From contig JBBSHS010000002.1 in NCBI GenBank assembly GCA_038232515.1, positions 1 to 61,315 on the forward strand: a DNA stretch of 61,315 nucleotides, in the 5' to 3' direction. The first letter of the stretch is position 1, and every line of letters starts with the position of its first letter. A program made the position numbers and the translations under genes. This stretch comes from Acidimicrobiales bacterium. Lineage in GTDB: Bacteria; Actinomycetota; Acidimicrobiia; Acidimicrobiales; JAUJNH01. Of the stretch, positions 58,072-61,315 are shown piece by piece. The notes beneath the pieces were generated by a model. It was given only the letters and a program-made list of their open reading frames with translations. It did not search any database and was not told where the DNA came from.

Positions 58072-58290
58072 TCAGACGGCCATGGTGGGCGGCAGCGTCA
58101 TCCCCGCCCGGCCCAGATAGGAGAGGCGGTTCTCCACCGCCGTGTGCCATGCCGCCAGGTCCAACTCGAAGTGCTCTCGATCGCCGTCCTCAAACGCGTG
58201 TTCCAGTTCGTCGAACGCTGCGTCCTCGGCATCCAGGAGCACCCGGTAGCGCTCCAGAAAGTGGTCATCGATGGCCTGCGTCAACGTCAC
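58072..58290 (-). CDS. hypothetical small acidic protein
   Basis: 72 aa, helical and acidic, good codon bias. GTG start. Confidence 0.45.
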   Translation of the reverse strand: MTLTQAIDDHFLERYRVLLDAEDAAFDELEHAFEDGDREHFELDLAAWHTAVENRLSYLGRAGMTLPPTMAV

Positions 58291-58387
58291 TCGTCACCCC
58301 CCGGTGAACGGTCGTTGCTTGATCTCTGCAGCCTACGCTCCTCGGGCTGCCCGGCTCAACCGTCGATTGGCACCGGCCACCCCTTCA

Positions 58388-58999
58388 TTACATGAACGAG
58401 TCGCCGCTGTTCTGCGGAGCCCGCAGCAGGACGTAGAACTGGCAGTCGCCGAGCCGGTTGGCCCGGGCGAACCGGTCGGCCCGCTGATAGGCGGTGCCCC
58501 CGGTCTGGGCCACGCGCTGAGCGTCGGCCACGTCGCCGGCCTGTAGCAGCGACGCGTAACGCCGGCCCACGGCGGCGTAGCTATGCCAGTCGGCCAACCA
58601 CGCCTGCACGGCCGCCGCCTGGGCGGGCTCGTCCACGGGGATGGTGCCGAGTTTGGCCGCCAGTCGGGTGATGCCGTCGGCCGCATGGCTGACGTCCGCC
58701 GCCGTCTGGGCGGCGGTGACCACGTCGGTCTTGCTCTTCGTCGTGGGCGGACGCAGATCGGGCAGCGTGGCGCGGCATGTCTGGCTGGCGGTGGACAAGA
58801 AGACGCCGTCGGTGACCACGCGGGGGCCGTCGTCGGGACGATGCAGGAAATGGACGGCACCGAGGGTGACGACGGCGATCAACACGGCGCAGACCAACAG
58901 CACCCACAGGACCGTCCGGCGACGCTCGGGCTGGGGCCCGGCGGTGAGGGCCGGCGGGGCCGGCGTGCGGCTGTCGGTACTCGTGCTCAACGGTCTCAC
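58388..58999 (-). CDS. hypothetical membrane-anchored protein
   Basis: TM anchor VLWVLLVCAVLIAVVTLGAV followed by a soluble domain. GTGA overlap with the upstream SCP2 gene. Confidence 0.55.
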   Translation of the reverse strand: MRPLSTSTDSRTPAPPALTAGPQPERRRTVLWVLLVCAVLIAVVTLGAVHFLHRPDDGPRVVTDGVFLSTASQTCRATLPDLRPPTTKSKTDVVTAAQTAADVSHAADGITRLAAKLGTIPVDEPAQAAAVQAWLADWHSYAAVGRRYASLLQAGDVADAQRVAQTGGTAYQRADRFARANRLGDCQFYVLLRAPQNSGDSFM

Positions 59000-59385
59000 T
59001 CGTAGGTGGTGGTGGCGCGGAGGTGGCCGAGGGCGGAGGCGACCGCAGCCAGGGCCGCTGATCCTTGCACGACGGCAGACGGGTCGCCCTTCACCTTGAC
59101 CCGTCCGGTCATGAAGGCGGTCGGCAGGCTCAACCTGCCGGTGGCGACGGCAACCGCGGTGCCGTGGTCGGCGGTGATGGTGACGTCGGGCCGGGACACG
59201 TCGCCGGCGGTGGCCACGAGTCGGCCGTCGGCTACCCGGATGACATAGCGGAGGTCGCCGTCGGGCCCGTCGGTGACGACCTGTTGGACGGTGAGCTGCA
59301 GGTTGGCCGCGGCCTGGCGCACCACCTCGCTGGCCCCCGCCTCGGTCACCGCCTCCAGCCATTCGGCGCTCAGGTAGCGGACCAC
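58996..59385 (-). CDS. SCP2 sterol-binding-domain protein
   Basis: YLSAEWLEAV...LRYVIRV.DG......G.....DVTITADHGTAVAVATGRLS...AFMTGRVKVKGD. Confidence 0.75.
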   Translation of the reverse strand: MVRYLSAEWLEAVTEAGASEVVRQAAANLQLTVQQVVTDGPDGDLRYVIRVADGRLVATAGDVSRPDVTITADHGTAVAVATGRLSLPTAFMTGRVKVKGDPSAVVQGSAALAAVASALGHLRATTTYE

Positions 59386-59569
59386 GGTTGACCGGTCTAG
59401 GGCGGCCGGCCCCGTTTTCGCCAGCCGGGCCTGGTCCCCGGGCTCCCGTCGGTGGTGACGGCGGGCGGTGGTGACGGTGGGCTCTCTGCCCGCCGAGGGG
59501 GTCACCGTCCATTGGGTCGGGTAGGACAGGTCGCAGGGACCCACAGTCCAACCCAAAGGAGCGCCAGAC

Positions 59570-60124
59570 ATGTCGACCGAGTCGAGTTCGAAGCCTCTTG
59601 GCCACCGCATCGCCTTCCTGGCCACGGACGGCGTCGAACAGGTCGAGTTGACCGGGCCCTGGAAGGCGGTCGAAGAGGCCGGCGCCGAACCGGTCCTGGT
59701 CAGCACCAAGGAAGGCAAGATCCAGGCGAAGAACCACATGGACGACGGTGACACCTTCGCCGTCGACCAGACGGTGGGCCACGCCGACCCGGGTCAGTTC
59801 CACGCCCTGGTGCTGCCCGGCGGCGTGGCCAATCCTGACTTCCTGCGCACCGACGCACAGGCGGTCGCATTCGTACGCGCCTTCAACGAGGCGGGCAAGC
59901 CCATTGCGGTGATCTGCCACGGACCGTGGACGCTCATCGAGGCGGGGGCGGTGGCCGGGCGCACCATCACCTCGTGGCCATCGGTGGCCACCGACCTGCG
60001 CAACGCCGGCGCCAACTGGGTTGACGAGGAAGTTGTGGTCGACGGCAACATCACCAGCAGCCGCAAGCCCGACGATCTGCCCGCCTTCTGCCGGACCCTG
60101 CTCCGGGAGTTCAAGCTCTCCTGA
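59570..60124 (+). CDS. DJ-1/PfpI-family type 1 glutamine amidotransferase-like protein
   Basis: RIAFLATDGVEQVEL...LVLPGG...IAVICHGPWTLIEAG...ITS. Confidence 0.88.
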   Translation: MSTESSSKPLGHRIAFLATDGVEQVELTGPWKAVEEAGAEPVLVSTKEGKIQAKNHMDDGDTFAVDQTVGHADPGQFHALVLPGGVANPDFLRTDAQAVAFVRAFNEAGKPIAVICHGPWTLIEAGAVAGRTITSWPSVATDLRNAGANWVDEEVVVDGNITSSRKPDDLPAFCRTLLREFKLS

Positions 60125-60145
60125 CGACCCGGGCCTGTTCGCCGG

Positions 60146-60547
60146 TCAGCCCCGGTGGGCTGTAAGGCGGCGCCTCACCTCGGCCATGACCAGCTCGGCC
60201 TCGGCATGCCAGTTGTCCAGGAGCCACAGGCGGGTTCCATCGCGCAGCAGTACCGCCGGCCGTCGGCGGCCTCCATCCGGCCCCCACGGCACGATGTCAT
60301 GAACCTGTGCCCAGCCAACACGGCGGACCCGGCCCGAGGTCGACCGCAGGGTCAGGCCGCGGTCATCGGCCCGGGTACCGCTCTGGCGGGCCAGCGCGGT
60401 GGCCACCAGGAAGCCCAGGCAGGCGGCCACCCGGGCCGCGGCGAGGAGGTTCCAGCCGTGTCCGGCCACGGCCAGGATGGCCCACACTGCGGCCCCGAAG
60501 AGCCAGAACAGCCACTGACGCCCGGGTCCCGAGTCGTACGGTTCCAC
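60146..60547 (-). CDS. hypothetical membrane protein with PH-like C-terminal part
   Basis: Two TM segments, then GLTLRSTSGRVRRVGWAQVHDI. GTG start. Confidence 0.5.
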   Translation of the reverse strand: MEPYDSGPGRQWLFWLFGAAVWAILAVAGHGWNLLAAARVAACLGFLVATALARQSGTRADDRGLTLRSTSGRVRRVGWAQVHDIVPWGPDGGRRRPAVLLRDGTRLWLLDNWHAEAELVMAEVRRRLTAHRG

Positions 60548-60622
60548 CCCTCCACCGTATTTGGACGGGTTCGGGAGATCCGACCGGGGGTGGGCCTGGG
60601 AGTGCCGCCAGTGGCGGAGTGT

Positions 60623-61315
60623 TCAGATCCGGTCGTACAGGATGGCCCGTTTGACCTCTTCGATGGCCTGGGTGACCTTGATGCCGCGGGGACAGCACTC
60701 GGTGCAGTTGAAAGCGGTCCGGCACCGCCACACGCCGGAGCGTCGGTTCAAGATGTCGAGCCGGGCGTCGGCCGCCTCGTCCCGTGAGTCGAAGATGAAC
60801 CGGTGGGCGTTCACGATGGCGGCGGGGCCGACGTAGGACGAGTTGCCCCAGTAGATCGGGCAGGAGGTGGTGCAGCAGGCGCACAGGATGCACTTGGTGG
60901 TGTCGTCGTAGCGGGCCCGCTGCTCGGCGGTCTGGTGGCGTTCGGTGTAGCCCGGGTCGTGGGTGTTGACCAGGTACGGCAGGACGGAGCGGTACTGGGC
61001 GAAGAAGGGCTCCATGTCGACCACCAGGTCCTTGATCACGGGCAGTCCCCGGATGGGCTCGAGGGTGATCTCGGTGCCGACGTCCTGGATAAGCTTGATG
61101 CAGGCCAGCCCGTTGGCGCCGTTGATGACCATGGCGTCGGACCCGCAGACTCCGTGGGCGCACGAGCGCCGGAACGACAGGGTCCCGTCGACCTCCCACT
61201 TGGCGGTGTGGAGGGCGTCGAGCACCCTGTCGGTGGGCTCGGCCGCCACCACGAAGGTCTGCCAGTGGGGCTTGGTGTCGGCTTCAGGATCGAACCGCTT
61301 CACCCGCATGGTCAC
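60623..61315 (-). CDS. sdhB: succinate dehydrogenase / fumarate reductase iron-sulfur subunit (start at or just beyond the window edge)
   Basis: Three Cys clusters: CAHGVCGSDAM, CILCACCTTSCP, CRTAFNCTECCPRGI. A possible ATG lies at 61309. Confidence 0.93.
   Translation of the reverse strand: MTMRVKRFDPEADTKPHWQTFVVAAEPTDRVLDALHTAKWEVDGTLSFRRSCAHGVCGSDAMVINGANGLACIKLIQDVGTEITLEPIRGLPVIKDLVVDMEPFFAQYRSVLPYLVNTHDPGYTERHQTAEQRARYDDTTKCILCACCTTSCPIYWGNSSYVGPAAIVNAHRFIFDSRDEAADARLDILNRRSGVWRCRTAFNCTECCPRGIKVTQAIEEVKRAILYDRI

Noticed and set aside
59386-59754. Longer version of the SCP2 gene starting at 59754 or at ATG 59571.
   Set aside because: The upstream in-frame part (..RRHHRREPGDQARLAKTG..) looks non-coding and would overlap the divergent DJ-1/PfpI start region. 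The SCP2-like sequence begins right at GTG 59385.

Overview
Very GC-rich, actinobacterial-type chromosomal core segment. GC was judged by eye and taxonomy is inferred from gene order; neither was computed. About 65 protein genes and one tRNA are supported.

Main gene content:
- A C40 carotenoid cluster: dxs / crtYc-crtYd-crtZ / crtB-crtI-crtE.
- The FmdB(Ruc-like)-galU-moeA-moaA-moaC neighbourhood.
- tRNA-Ala followed by a small accessory islet: MazEF-like toxin-antitoxin pair, AraC remnant, hydrolase.
- ilvA, rplM-rpsI-glmM-glmS, and acpS-nnr-alr-udg-tsaE-tsaB-rimI-tsaD.
- CIRCE-groES-groEL, guaB3-type gene-guaA, pcrA, sucCD, an amidase, purNH, folD-metF, icd-mdh, and the start of sdhB.

No defence system, CRISPR array, prophage or intact IS is visible.

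The unexplained signal lies in the intergenic DNA, which holds three repeat families:
1. A co-oriented, non-coding element of about 230-250 nt (three full copies plus one short copy). It has no terminal inverted repeats, a constant 5' hairpin, and a 3' hairpin that keeps its structure but not its sequence. Two copies are bracketed by copy-specific perfect direct repeats, and the insertion points fall at TAG-containing -10-like boxes.
2. A nested palindrome of about 75 nt, in three copies, each sitting just after an operon end.
3. A G/C-hairpin-rich element, in two copies, carrying four CCCACGCCCCC motifs.

Many genes look leaderless, with a TANNNT box (often GGTAGCCT) ending 6-10 nt before the start codon. 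The left end of the window holds a decayed beta-propeller gene fused to a transposase remnant.
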